A stretch of 57,251 nt of DNA, counting the filler, from Sphacelaria rigidula (Eukaryota), in the NCBI GenBank assembly GCA_964200075.2. It is 7 parts of 7 records of this genome, joined end to end, with 100 filler letters (N's around TTAATTAATTAA, not from the genome) between each part and the next. Parts side by side here need not be neighbours in the genome. Positions count along the whole stretch, not along the records: positions 24,582 to 32,674 come from CAXNAA020012327.1; positions 32,775 to 40,867 come from CAXNAA020012328.1; 5 more parts are not named here. One strand, given 5' to 3'. The position numbers and the translations under genes were made by a program. Below, piece after piece: positions 25,469 to 38,136 of this stretch; within the stretch, counting starts at the first letter, position 1, and every line of letters begins with the position of its first letter. The notes below the pieces were generated by a model. It saw only the letters and a list, made by a program, of their open reading frames with translations, had not been told where the DNA came from and made no database searches.

Positions 25469-27531
25469 CTGGGGGGTGGAAGGGGGGGAGGGGGTCGCAA
25501 GGAATTAGAGAACGTATCATCAATGTCGAGACAGGTAGCGCAAACATGCAATATAAACAAGGTCTTGAGATACAATCATAATCGCGGCATGACCCTGCAT
25601 CCACCCCAGATTTCATCGCTAGATCATCACCGGTGACGACACTAACATCCACTGGGAATGAGCTCACAGTGAATACAGTAGCGCACAGCACGGTGTACGT
25701 GTATCACTCGCGCGGAACACATAATACCCCATAACAACGAACCCCCGTGACGAGTCTCCGACCATCTTTCGTGCCAAATGTGGAACCGGACACATTATAC
25801 ATCACTTCCTGACTACCACGCCTGGGCAATGACATTCTCAAGCTCCACAAACTCCATCATCCGGGGCTGTATACATCATGTTCTCGGTACGCCTGTGAGT
25901 AATTCCAGGTAAGGTAAATGGGATTACAGTAGTTGAGAGAGAACATAGCTCATCCCAAGCTGCCAAAACATGAAACCCGCAACACCAGTCTTCGGGGGCA
26001 ATACCAGGTGCACTCATATAGGGGCAGTACAACATGTTTCCCTCTTTAGAGGTACCGTATACGTACACACGAAAAAATACAAGCACAGTATATTTGTCAA
26101 TAATTTCACATTTGGGCATGACCCGAGTCAACTGGTACATCGGTTCGCCACGCGCCCTTGACAGGGTAGAGTTCTTCCGTCACTACAGCGATTATCGGCA
26201 GCATGTCGCCTTTCCGTACATTGACGCCAAGAGGAGAGGCCGCAGATCACAACATATTTTTGGCCACATTAGTGCCCCACTAACTACACCAAGCGATATC
26301 TGGAGAATGTGTAATGTGCTAATTTTTTTCCTAACCAAAAGGTTTGACAGGTTGTAGTCATATTCCACATTTGTGTCAAGTAGAGCACGGGCAAAGAAGA
26401 CCATTGCCCGCCAAAAAAGGGCCATGTATCTTGCCGAGGGGTAGCGAAGAAGAATATATGAGAACACTACTCTCCAAGGAATACCGGTTACTTCGGGCGC
26501 TGTGTCGGTGCCATTCTTGTAGAGCCTGGATTCCATGTGTGTAGTGTCGAGTAGACACAGGATGCTAAACCTAAAGGGGTTCCTCATTCAGGACCAGTCT
26601 GCTAGCAAGCCGTAGGTGATAAGAAACGACCTCTTGTCAAAACCGTCCAGGGGACCGGGACTGCGGAACCCTGGGAACCTCAGGAACGTGTTTTGCACCT
26701 ACTCTTGTTTTCAGCAGAGTTGTTGTGGAGCCTCTGAAAAAGACTGCATTGCTGAAATGCGATGTAGCAGACGCGATAAGGAAGATGAAACATTGACTGT
26801 GAGAGAGCGTTCGTTTTCCCGAGGGTCATCCCTTGCGGCCGCGGGAACACGGATCTGGGCTGACACTTCCGTTTTATTTATCTGCACTTCGCTGACAAAC
26901 TCCAAGCCAGCGTATCGGTTTCATTGTTCGCCCATCAGCGCGACAGACTCGGGGTTATCTCTGTGGTTTCAGTCTGGAAAGAGTGCCCGAAGCAAAACGA
27001 GTTTTGAAGACATGGTGCACATTATATACTTTCCGCAGAGTGTTTTCAGAGCCTCAAAGGGTACCACCCGACAGTCTCATTTTTTCCCGCTTCCCGCCAG
27101 GAATCGACGCGATACTCGTAAGAGATAAATCCGACGCCTCGGGATTAACCGGAGCCGTGGAAGCCGGTTTGTTGGTTCGCGAAGCCGATCGGCGCACCAT
27201 CGATACCGACCAAGTGCCCGCGTGCTCCCGCCGAACGAGGCGTGCGATCGCCGGCAAGCGTACAATACACGGTTGAGAGTTTCGTCAGCATGTGTCACAC
27301 TGCGTGAAACGTACATCAGATATGATGAACCACTCCCCGGCGCACGTTACTCACCACAAAACACACTTTATACTTTGATTCATCCAAGGAATACTTGGCT
27401 TATACTTCAACGACAGTACTACCGTCTGTCGCACTTGGTGGGAATGATAACGTTCCCCGAACATACGTGCTTCCACAGTCTTCGTGCGTTTCATTTCTTC
27501 ATACGGATGCCATCACGAAACAGGAAGTTTT

Positions 27532-27793
27532 CAGACGTCGGACAGATCATGATCCACCTGAAAACCATTTTTTCTCAGTACACGGATCCGGATCATGATC
27601 CGAATCATCTGACCCTAATTTTCCATGTTTGCTCCTTACCGCGCCGGACGTCGAGTACGGCGAGTAGCGTAATGGTTGCGCTTTGGCATTTTTTTTACTC
27701 CACGGTCACACATTTGTTGTTTTTTGGACCAACGGATTCAAGACCCTTCTTTGATTGGTTGTTTCAGATCGATCATGATCTGTCAGACGCGTG
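27532..27793. mobile_element. hAT-type MITE with 8-bp TSD
   Basis: TIRs CAGACGTCGGACAGATCATGATC and GATCATGATCTGTCAGACGCGTG. Perfect TSD GAAGTTTT at 27524-27531 and 27794-27801. Confidence 0.85.
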
Positions 27794-28854
27794 GAAGTTT
27801 TGCGCACCGTCGGGCTCTCACACGCTGACAACAGTATGGTTCTCACGGCTCCGGCGGACACCGAGACGCCTGACCTCTCTCGGAAAAGGAAGAAGGAATC
27901 AGTTCCTTGCATGCGACGGGGATATACGTGAAACTTCGGGTACCTTTGAGGCATCGCAAGTGCTCCACGCATAAAATTTGTACAGCCACAACACGTACAA
28001 TACTCCGTCTTGTTTTGTGCAGCGTTCCTACACGAGATACTCCGAGGCCTTTCGTACTAGTGGGGGGGAAAGTGACGGCCACGCCCGCTCGATATTGACG
28101 AAAAAATGCGGAAAACGGAGACATTGGCCCGAGCCTCCGCCGTCGCACTAGAACAAAGGATGGGTTTCAGGATTTCAGGATCGCGATATCTTCGCTGTTA
28201 CCGGGAATAGATCCAAGGTGCTACAGCGGAAACCTTACGCCCGCGTCTCATGAATATCGATATTTAATAGTCAATTATAGGGACATTTGGCAGAGCGGTT
28301 GGTCTTGAAGCAGAAAGCATCTGACACATTTCGGAGGATAAGGTATTACCCCACTGGGAGGAGTCTAGCCTACTTTTTCGAATCGCTATTATATCAAGTC
28401 TCCCAGGTCTCGCGACCGGTCATGTGCCAAGGTCCAGCCGGACAAAAAACAAACGTGGAAAGTCTCGCGCAAAGTCAGTGATAGGAGGCCCGCGCAGCAC
28501 GGCCAACGCTCGCTTGGGACGTGGAAGACGATCACACAGTGGGAAACGGCTCTGGCACTGCCGCAGGAGACGCGGGGCGGCAGATGAGACATTCACGGGT
28601 ATGATAATATCACGCCCCCGGTTCAACACCTTCCTCTCCCGGCTAGGATGTTGGAAACGTTGGACTGTCATCACGGGAGAACCGCTGTATCTCTCCCTGG
28701 AGTATAATTGCTCTGGTAAAACGTGTTAGGCCAAAAAAGCCCTTCATGGTCAAGACCCTTTCGACGTTTGCATTTTCACATCGCCTATTTGGATTTTTAT
28801 AGCAACCAGCCGTTTGCGTAACCTGGGAGCATTAGTACTCGAAGGGTTGAAACC

Positions 28855-30200
28855 AAGGCTTTTCACATGACCGGTGTTATACGTGGCTCTTTCACGTGTC
28901 CATGTTCCTGGATCGCTTCAATGATGATCATGTGGGAATGTCACTTCTGCCATCTGGTTCAAGGATGGCCATGTAAGACTTTTCCCGGGTTCAGAGATGA
29001 AATGTGATAATTGAGCTTTTACCGTTCACTTTGAATGTGGTCATGTGAAATTTGTGCTCGGTTCAGAGATGATCACGTGAGATTTGAGCTTTTGCCACAC
29101 GGTATTAAGATGGTGATGTCGGATTACTTTCTGACACACGTGATCATACGTATTCCGAGCGATGATAAGTGTTTTCTTACCGACCGGGTCGGCCACATCC
29201 GATTTTTGAAAAATCAAATATTGGCTCAACGTCCATCTTCGGAACCGTTTGTCACATGCCGCGACATCAGTTCTTATTTCTGATGCATATTCTTGACCCA
29301 CGATGTTTTTCTGAAAATTGCCTCTTTATGCTGTGAGTAAGACTAATCTACATTGGGAAACAGTATTTATTCATCGCCTTGTATCTTGAAATTGCACGAC
29401 CTCGTGACAAGTGTTCACCCGTTCCGGCCATACCACCAAATACATTGGTTTACCAAGGTGGGTTTCCAAACGCTGACCATGCTTACATGGCGCGAGCGTA
29501 CCGCAAACTACACTCATTTAGTGTGCTTTATACCCAACAACAGTCATTACGGGAAGAATCCCTGCACTGTGGTTGGTGAGTTGATTCGAGGGTACACCGA
29601 CCCGTTCGCCTCACCCTCCCACCTTAGACTTTCAACGCCGACATTCGAGTCTCCCATTCAAACGGTTGGGAGTCTACAACAACCTCACTGGGTAGCCGTA
29701 ACATACCGGAAGGACTATCTTGATATACATCCTCCAAGCTTTCACAGCATAGTACGCTGTATAGGTACCCAAAGCATATGCGCGACAAGCTTCCGCTTAT
29801 CTACACGTGACCGGGTCATTCATTTTATGTGCACTTTCAAAGCATGGGTCCTTGATGAGCTGTCGCCATGCTCCTTGATGAACTGTTGCCATGCACATGG
29901 CAAAAAAAGACGAATTCGATCGACTTCACTAATGACTGGCTGTTTTTACGTGTCCGGAATATTGTGCGTGTGATTATCACGCGTCCATATTCCTGAACCG
30001 CTTCAATAATGGTTATGTGAGGTTTTAGCTTTTGCCGCTCGGTTCAAGGGTGCTTATTATGTTCCCGGTTCAGAGACGACCATGTTAGATGTTCGGTTGC
30101 GCCGTCCGGTTCAAGGACGGTCATGTGAGACCTGCGTTTGCTTCAGAGATGGGTCATGTGAGACCTCTGTCTGGTTTAAGGGTGGCCACGTGAGAGCTTG
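28855..30200 (+). repeat. Two clusters of a degenerate GGTTCARRGAYGRYCAYGTGAGA motif (28855-29125 and 29937-30200)
   Basis: The motif recurs every ~30-40 bp. The two clusters align with each other about 1.08 kb apart. Confidence 0.6.
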
Positions 30201-31394
30201 TCATCCACGTGAAAAGCCTTGCTTGCGATGTTATCCGAGTTTAGAACGGAATCTCGTCGTTAGCTGTACACAATTGTTGACAGGTTTCCGCCGCACACCT
30301 CAACATGAAAATACAACTGCACTGTCTGTATAGCACGCAACTTGCTGGGAGCTAGAGTACGTAACAGTAGGTTGTGGACCACTACCGTGTCTCCCGTGTC
30401 CGTACCAAATAATTTGATGGCGACGGCAAAGAGCCCAGCGATCACCCATGGGCACTGGGTAAAAAAACTGACGTCTGTGGAACACGTGCTGAGACAGGGG
30501 CTGATGGTTTGCAACGTGATTCGTGCATGTCAACCTGGGCCAGCCGAGGCAATATCATCATGAGAGAATATAGTAACAGATACGTACGCGGGTGGTGAAA
30601 AAAAACAGGGTCCAGGTCAGCCTTTTGCATCTTTCTCACCTCGCCATACAGAGTACTACAGTGCGCTGCACCATTGGCTGCATATTTTAATGTGTTGTAC
30701 AAGTGTCTGTTCCGCCATGGCTTGAGGTGGATGGACTCAAATTGTCGCCCGACGGATGGCTACCTCAGAGTACCACTGTGTCGCGCTGTACTGTACTTTG
30801 CTGCAGCGTCTTCACGACGTTGGCTCTCGGTTGCGGCATCCCTGAACTCGGTGATCTCGAGCTGCAAACAAAGTAGTGATGCACTTCGGACCACTTTCAC
30901 GCTTCTGCAACTTGTCAACTTGGAATAAGACCCACGACCAGTCGTGTTTTTTGTGTTTAAATCGGTCCACCATCCGGGCTTATCGCCAAGTACAAGTCGC
31001 GGCCTTGGCCGCTACTCAGGACCTCACTCCTCGCTGTTGTACTCAGGTCCATAGCCCTGATCACGAGAATAAGTTACGGCACAGATCCACCCTCGTGACC
31101 CGTGAACGCAAAAGCGATACCAAGGTAACGCTAGTGCAGCTACTGGTGTATGTACGGCTCGCTCAGCCAGCAAGCTAGAATGTACTTAGAGCGCTGTTAC
31201 TTGACTGTAATATACTGTAGGCCGCGTAGAGAACAGCACGAGCTGAGCCAGCTCAGAAACGGATGTAAGCTGTCACGCAGACGAATCGAGCCGTGATCCG
31301 AACATCTTGTTAATCTCCCAGTCAAGGGGAATATGTCCATCTACTCAACAACCCAGTCCGTTGCTTTCTCGTTGATTAAATGCCACGTCGAGTA

Positions 31395-31499
31395 AGTTGC
31401 TCTTGTTTTTGTTGGCTTCACGTTGAAAAGCCGTTCCGATATCTGCACAATACTCCGTACTGAGTACTCCGTACTGGGCATCTGATGCCGACGCCTTCC
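31395..31499 (-). mobile_element. Isolated LINE 3' terminus
   Basis: Shares ccgttccgatatctgc, gtactgggcatctgatgcNgacgccttcc and a degenerate (TTG) tail with 38102-38212. Confidence 0.7.
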
Positions 31500-31774
31500 A
31501 TAGTCACACACCAACTACCCCAATACAAATTACAAAGAAAAAAAATCCCGTGATATATTTTGATATCGAAGCCTATACGAAACCCCGTCACAACATGATC
31601 CGCGGATCACGTTGATTTTTGGTGCGGGCATTCCTCAGCGCCAGGGGAGACGATTGATACCCTCACCCTGACCTGCTTTAGGTATCTATTGACAGATGTG
31701 GCTTAAATGGTATTCTATACTGCATTCAATATATTGCACTAACCGCACTAAAAGTGAATTTATCACAGCAGCTC

Positions 31775-32130
31775 AGTTAGAGTGTGTGTGCTGTCGTCCC
31801 ATCTATTCTGGACGCCGGTCTGCACCTTTCGGTATATGTGGGCACACCAGCCGGGGTCACACAGGAGGCAGGTCAACACAGAGCCTTTTCCTTTTTCTTC
31901 CTTTTAGTGCCTCCCCTTCCTTCTGCGGTGCTTACCCTTTTTTTTTCGCTAGAGGGGTCCAGCAATCCCCCTCGTCGACCGCAAGTCGACTTTTGTGGAC
32001 CCATGACATAGTTGCTCTCCACTGTTGGGCATGATGTGAGAAAAAATGCCAGATCGCGCCAAGAATTGAACCCACGATCCAACCGCCAGAAGGTTCCGAG
32101 GTTACCAACTCAGCCACCGGGGCGACCGGC
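31775..32130 (-). mobile_element. tRNA-derived SINE
   Basis: Minus-strand head carries A box TGGCTGAGTTGG and B box GGTTCAATTCT. The body has a second partial copy at 48660-48765 (+). Confidence 0.75.
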
Positions 32131-32674
32131 ACGAATGTCCTTCGACACTTGGTATGGAGAATCGCAAGGGCATCAGAAAAACAGTATTTCTAGATTAGGG
32201 GTCTGCTGGAGAACATTTCTGGACACGTATGTCCCAAGATCGAAAAATTGAATTTTGGGGGAGGGCGGCAGGGGGGGGGGGGGGCACTCAGTCTGTTATC
32301 CCCTAGTTTATAGCCGAGGCGTTGACGGATGCGATCAACTGCTGTGTGCACAGATCCTCGGCATGGAACGGGGCCGGTATCCGAGACCATCGGGACAGAG
32401 CGGGCAAGGAGCAGACGCAAATATACGAACGTCGCAAAGCCCACCAGACCTTCCGGTTTAGACCCACTTTTATGGCAAACGAATCTCGATTTTTTGGGAC
32501 CCCGATTTTGAAAAAACCGGGGGGACTCAAATTCGTGAACGCAAAATCGGGGGGAACATTTTATGCCATAGACGGTACAGTATCACAGGTTTGTGTAACG
32601 GTTCTGTACACAGACGGTCATTTTTGCATGAGTGTGGTACTGCGTTCTCGTGCACGAAGCCGAAGAGCAGGCAG

Positions 32675-32774
32675 NNNNNNNNNNNNNNNNNNNNNNNNNN
32701 NNNNNNNNNNNNNNNNNNTTAATTAATTAANNNNNNNNNNNNNNNNNNNNNNNNNNNNNNNNNNNNNNNNNNNN
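32675..32774. other. Artificial contig spacer
   Basis: N44-TTAATTAATTAA-N44. Confidence 0.98.
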
Positions 32775-33253
32775 CCCCCCCCCACACACACACACAGAAG
32801 CTGTCCAAAATGAGGAAAATCGACAAGTGGTGTAAAACACTTGTTTTTCCCTGTTTCTTCGCCAGAACACGAAATTGAACGGTACCTTCACCATCACGAT
32901 GCTGACCTGGACTCGAGCAGCCTAAAACCGAGGAGTTTGGGCATATCAGTTGTTCTAGCAGCCGCGAGGAGGAGAACTTGGCCGTTGGATGATGACGTTT
33001 CAGTCAAGGTGGCCGCTAGAAACTGACTTTGGGGTAGGTGTCATGGTAGTGAGGCCGCAATGCTGGAGAGGGCCGCGGACTCAAGGCGTGAACCCGAGGT
33101 CGTTCTGTTTGTCGATCAAGGAATGTATACCACGAGTCATACGTGTTGCCGAGACACCAGAGGTGCACTACTACTGCGACTTGACCTTATAATTCCAACC
33201 GGCAAAAAAATGGAGCCAATTGTGTTGGAGAATATGTACCTTCCAGTAGATAA

Positions 33254-33843
33254 CAGTGAATTCTCGAAAATGGGGTTGAAAACAAAATGAGGTTCAACTC
33301 AAAAGCCGTGCTTTCCCTGACCCAAATTCAACACATGGCTTTTATATGGACCACCCCATCCCTCCTGACCTCCCTGAAACTATTTAGAGCGATTTCTAGC
33401 CTTCCCTTTCCCTAAAGGGTATGTGCGAAAGCACGATTTTGTGGACAAAAAACGTCCTTTTTTCACCCCGAAATCGAGGCGAAGATGTGCTTTCGCCCGT
33501 ACTCTCTGGGAGAATGGAAGGCTAGAAATCCCCCGATATGGTTTTAGGGAGGTCGGGGGGGATGGGGTTGTAATGCATGAGAGGACCGCGCCGTAGTTCA
33601 AAATACCTCAGGATCGACGTTTTTCGAAACCAGTCGGGTCAGTCCCTGCAGGTACCACGCCCCTGACCCTAACCATGACCATCGGGGTGTTCAAATTCCG
33701 ATGCGGTCCTGTGAGCACGCGGTCCTCTCTCGCATTACAGGGTGGTCCATGTGAAAGTCATTTGCCATAATTTTTGGTCAGGGAAAGCACGGCTTTTGAG
33801 TTGAACCTCATTTTTTTTCAACCCCAATTTCGAGAATCCACTG
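33254..33843. mobile_element. MITE with ~100-bp TIRs starting CAGTG
   Basis: 33254-33356 is the reverse complement of 33740-33843. An inner inverted repeat reads gatttctagccttcc / ggaaggctagaaatc. No clear TSD. Confidence 0.85.
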
Positions 33844-36046
33844 TTGGGTACTGTCATTCCGCAGTTCCACTTGTCTCAGATCAAGAGTGGCGGGAAAAGC
33901 GGTGGACACTTCCAGCATGAAGAACTCGCTTCACGGGCGGTGTGCGGAGGTGGAAAAAACCCATCATATACGAAACCCGTCACAGCACACATCACAAGCT
34001 ACTGCTACTGAAATAAGGGCGGGTCCCTGTAGTACACGGCGAACTCGTGCAGGGTTGTCGACATGTCGGCCCGACCCCGCGCGCACGGATTTCAAATCAC
34101 ACTTGTATACAGTACAGTATATTATATGTATGATCCTGCTTGCTGTCTGTGTGTACGTGGTGAACCACACCTTGCTCTGCCACATCTAGTACAGCGGTCG
34201 GTGTTGCAGCTAAGTGTGCATTCGCTGTAGGTGGCGCACGCAAGAGTAATAGATCGCCTCTGCCGCTATAATTCCTGCCTGTATCTTGAGCGGAACTGTA
34301 TGGTAGCCCAGCCGCTATGGGGCGCAAGCCGGCTGTAACAATTCATACCGCGTGGAGATTTCTACACTGTCTTGAAGTCATGCTGCGCGCAGTTCCCACT
34401 TTTGTACGAGTAGTGTGCACGTCGCGGAAGGCAACAGCTTCTATACTGTGCACAGTGCATGCTTTTTAATTTTATACTGACTGTAGAAAGCTCTTGCCTA
34501 GGGTATAATACATTTCCGTACATACATATCAGGCGATGAGATCGTGAAATATTCGCGCGCAACGCCTGTGCGGCCGTACTTCGAGTTGCTAACGCTAGAA
34601 TAACACCAGTGCAACGGCCATTCCGGCTGTCGGCCTGTTTGCATGGCCGTCCTGGTAGTGATGGGACTGTCTGTACCGGGATGTCGCCCCCAGTGCCAGG
34701 TACGCCGGCAAGGGTCCGTGGCACTGCCCACTGGTCGCGCGACAGGAGCTTAATCTTCGACTGTCGAGATTTTTGAAGCGGAAATATTCAGCTCCCAATC
34801 CTCACACATACATCGGACCATAAACATCGCTTGTTTGCTGGGTTTCTTCGAGCGTTCGTCCGTAACTGGGTGAAGATTGATGACGAAGCCGGCAGGATCC
34901 ATCGCGATCCATCGCAGCCTGCGTGCTCAACTGTCACTATACCCACCCTATCTAGCCGTCATCAGACAGCAGGGTGTTGAAAAAATAAAATGCCACGCAC
35001 CGTAGGTATCCGCCGTATCAATGCACACCAGGCCATCAGCGACTTTCCCTAATGCAACTGTGACTGTGACCGCTTCCTCTTAATATGAATCTACACATCC
35101 TTCAGTGTTCTTCACCAAGCTTTTTCGGATTGTTATAATGGCATAATTGGGGCACACATTACGCAGATATGACCGTGTTGAAGGCTTTACGCCAAAACGA
35201 AATGATGAGGGATCTCAGATCATCCGACTTGTGTTTGCTGCTGACTAAGTCAAGGCAATGCCCAGCTGTTTTCTACTGCTTTGCTTTCATGTTCTCGTGA
35301 CATTCGCTGCATAACCGCTGTCTTCGTGTTCCCGAATCATCGAGAACGCAGAGAAATAAGGTGAAAAATATCCCGCCATGAGCGGGCTTTTGTGGTTCCT
35401 TGTTTGAAGTTTTCCACGAGCTTGAGGAAGGCTTTTGTGGTTGGGGATCGACACCCCGGGAAAAATAGCCAGCGTGGGCGACTTTCGATGGCCACAACAC
35501 GCGCCACAGGAATTGGATGACACCCAAACCCGAAAGGTAATGTACCGCTGCACCTTCATCGTGCAGTGCAAAATAAAGCGCGTGATAAGATGCCTTGCAG
35601 CCTGACAAAATTCGGCAATAATAGTGGTTGAAAAAGCCGTTCATGCATGTGCTGCACAGTACAGTACCTGCGATTGTTATTATCCATGTAATCAGGGGGG
35701 TACCGATCCCTCCAATAGGGGGTACCCCCCCTCCCCCGTCACCCGAAATGAGGTTTTCGGGAATCGGAGGCGGTGTAAAACGTATTCCACTCTGTACGGC
35801 CCCTTGCCCCAGGCCGCAAAAACGTCATTCTGGGGTAGGAGGAGGCGGGGGGGGTACCCGATTTCATGAGGGGGGGGGGTCGCTGCATGATTGCGACAGT
35901 AGTTGCTGCACGAAACCGTACGTAGGCGTCGGCCTGCGCTGGGTATACCGAAACTATATTTTACACTGGGATGGCGGGGAATATAATCGTTCTATTTTAC
36001 GGCGAACAGTCGAGGCCGCGAATCGGGTGCTCTACCCCGTACAACA

Positions 36047-36377
36047 CACACGCGGCCGTTCGGCTACCTCCAAAACTCCTCCAGGAGGGTAAACGTGTCA
36101 AGCCTCCAGAGGAATTAAACGCCGCCGGAGAGGTGCGCCCCTCCAGAGGAGATTTTTCGGTTTCCTCGGAAGGGATTCAACGCCTCCGGAGGCTTATTTT
36201 AGCCTCTGGAGGGCCGCGCATATCCCCACATTCTTCCGGAGCGGTGCGCGGCCCTCCGGGTCGTTAGAGTTTGGTTTCCTCAAGAGGGACTGAAGGCCTC
36301 GGGAGGCTTGCTTTCCCCCTGGAGGGCCGCGCATCCCTCCGGAGGCATATTGGGGGGTAGCCAAATGGCCGCGTGTA
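36047..36377. mobile_element. CACACG-type MITE with 2-bp TSD
   Basis: TIRs CACACGCGGCCGTTCGGCTACC and GGTAGCCAAATGGCCGCGTGTA. CA flanks both sides. Internal CCTCCRGAGG repeats. Confidence 0.75.
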
Positions 36378-38101
36378 CATAATGATTCGCAGACACTCCC
36401 TTTGCATGTTTGTGTTGGAAATGAATCGGCTCAATATCAATTACACTTCATAACTGCCGCTATTTCGATGTCCGATACTTCTTTTCGCCCCACTGCGTCC
36501 ACAACATTTCCCTTTGCAACCTCCCTTTCTTGTGTCGCAGTGCGGTATGAATTGCGATACGTAGATATACGCGTTGTATGAACACGGCTTTCTGCCCAAA
36601 CAAGGGCGAAGTACGTGATCATCTGCAATTCACACATTTTACACGTCTAGAATATCAACAGATTTTCGTGTCGGCTGGTAAACCGCACAGGCAACTTACT
36701 GCATGTACATTTCAGTCATTCAGTAGCATTCCAGAACTGTTGCTGGTACACCGCCCTCCTCAGCATGGCGACCGTATCACTGCGACAGGGCCAGGTCGGT
36801 AATAACCGGTCTTGCAAAAGCCAGCGCGACTCAGTATTCATTATCCGGTAATTACCGAGGCTTGTAAGTCATCTTCCAGTCGGTAAATTTGCTCCCCAAT
36901 GGTCACAAGAACACGTGACACATCAAAACTCCTCGGTTCTGGGCTGCTCACGTTGAGGCGAACCTGGAGACATCTCAATGATCGTTCGATTTCATATTCT
37001 AGTGGAGAAATAGGAAGAACGAGGTTTTCCCTGTTTGATTTAGTCTGTTCCTCATTCTCCACCGCGCGCGGGGGGGGAGGGGGGGGAGATGGCGGTGGTG
37101 CAGCCATTTCCCGATATGGGGCCCCTTGATGGTGGTGAAGGTCGGCGTTCTTCTTCGTTCCGCTATGAGCTATGAAGAGGCACAACGGTTTTCAGGGTGG
37201 AAAGGTGCAAATGACACTCTCATTCTGAAAAAATCACTCTAAAAAGTACTTCATAGCGGAAAGTGCACCGTTACCAGCCATTTTCCCCTCCGCTCTGACT
37301 CTAAGACGAGGAACAAAAAGGCTTGCCGAAACTCTCCATTGCCTTCCCTCCTCTTCCTCCCGTCTGCCCCCTTGCGAGTTGAGTTCTTTTGGGGGCCGAT
37401 TAAAGTCACGAATAGTGTCTTCTTCGCGGGTGTTTTTTGTTCGCAACCGAAGAAGCAGCCTTATTTGAGGTATCTCACATCGAGCTTCCCCGTATATTAC
37501 AGTAATTTACAGTTGAATATATCGGGAATTTCGAGTGGGAGATATCTCTACTACACGTTCAAGCTCTGATCAGCCGAAATCGAAGGTCTTGGTTCGTGGG
37601 AACGCAAAGACGTCGACGCACAGCCGTTATATTTATCCCCATTCATCAGGATCCTCTGTTTTTTTCCTGTGATCATTTTGACGTAATCGCTAAGGCTGGC
37701 GCTGTGGCGGTGAAGCCAAGCGAGCAGACACGCTGACTTCGCTGTAAAGACAGGAAATAATGTTGAAGGTGCCGCTTGTGGGCAGGACAGTCCAAACAAC
37801 CCATCGTGCAGAGTGGTCAAGAGATAGAGTAGCGGGGTGAGGTTACTTACCACTACATCGCACCTTTGACCGAGATGTCAAAGACAGTACCGGCGACATA
37901 CAATGCTATCGAAGATGTGACGTCTTGACAGAGATCTTGGTTCGTGACTTTGTCTCCACTCCTGTTTGGCCTCGGGTGTTGAGTGGAACGTACTGCACGG
38001 ATAACGGAACGGTTTTTATTGTGAAGACAGCAAGAACTCAACGCACCTGACGTAGCCGGACTCGTGTGTAAATGTATGGTGTGACGCGAGCAACAGGTAT
38101 A

Positions 38102-38102
38102 G

Positions 38103-38136
<34 letters not shown>

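Noticed and set aside
28855..30200. Repeat-spacer pattern as CRISPR
   Set aside because: The repeats are too degenerate and the spacers too short (about 8-18 bp). There is no leader or cas gene.
35100..35600. Possible Merlin/IS1595-like transposase N-terminus on the minus strand
   Set aside because: Only vague Cys and helix motifs across frames; no DDE core found.
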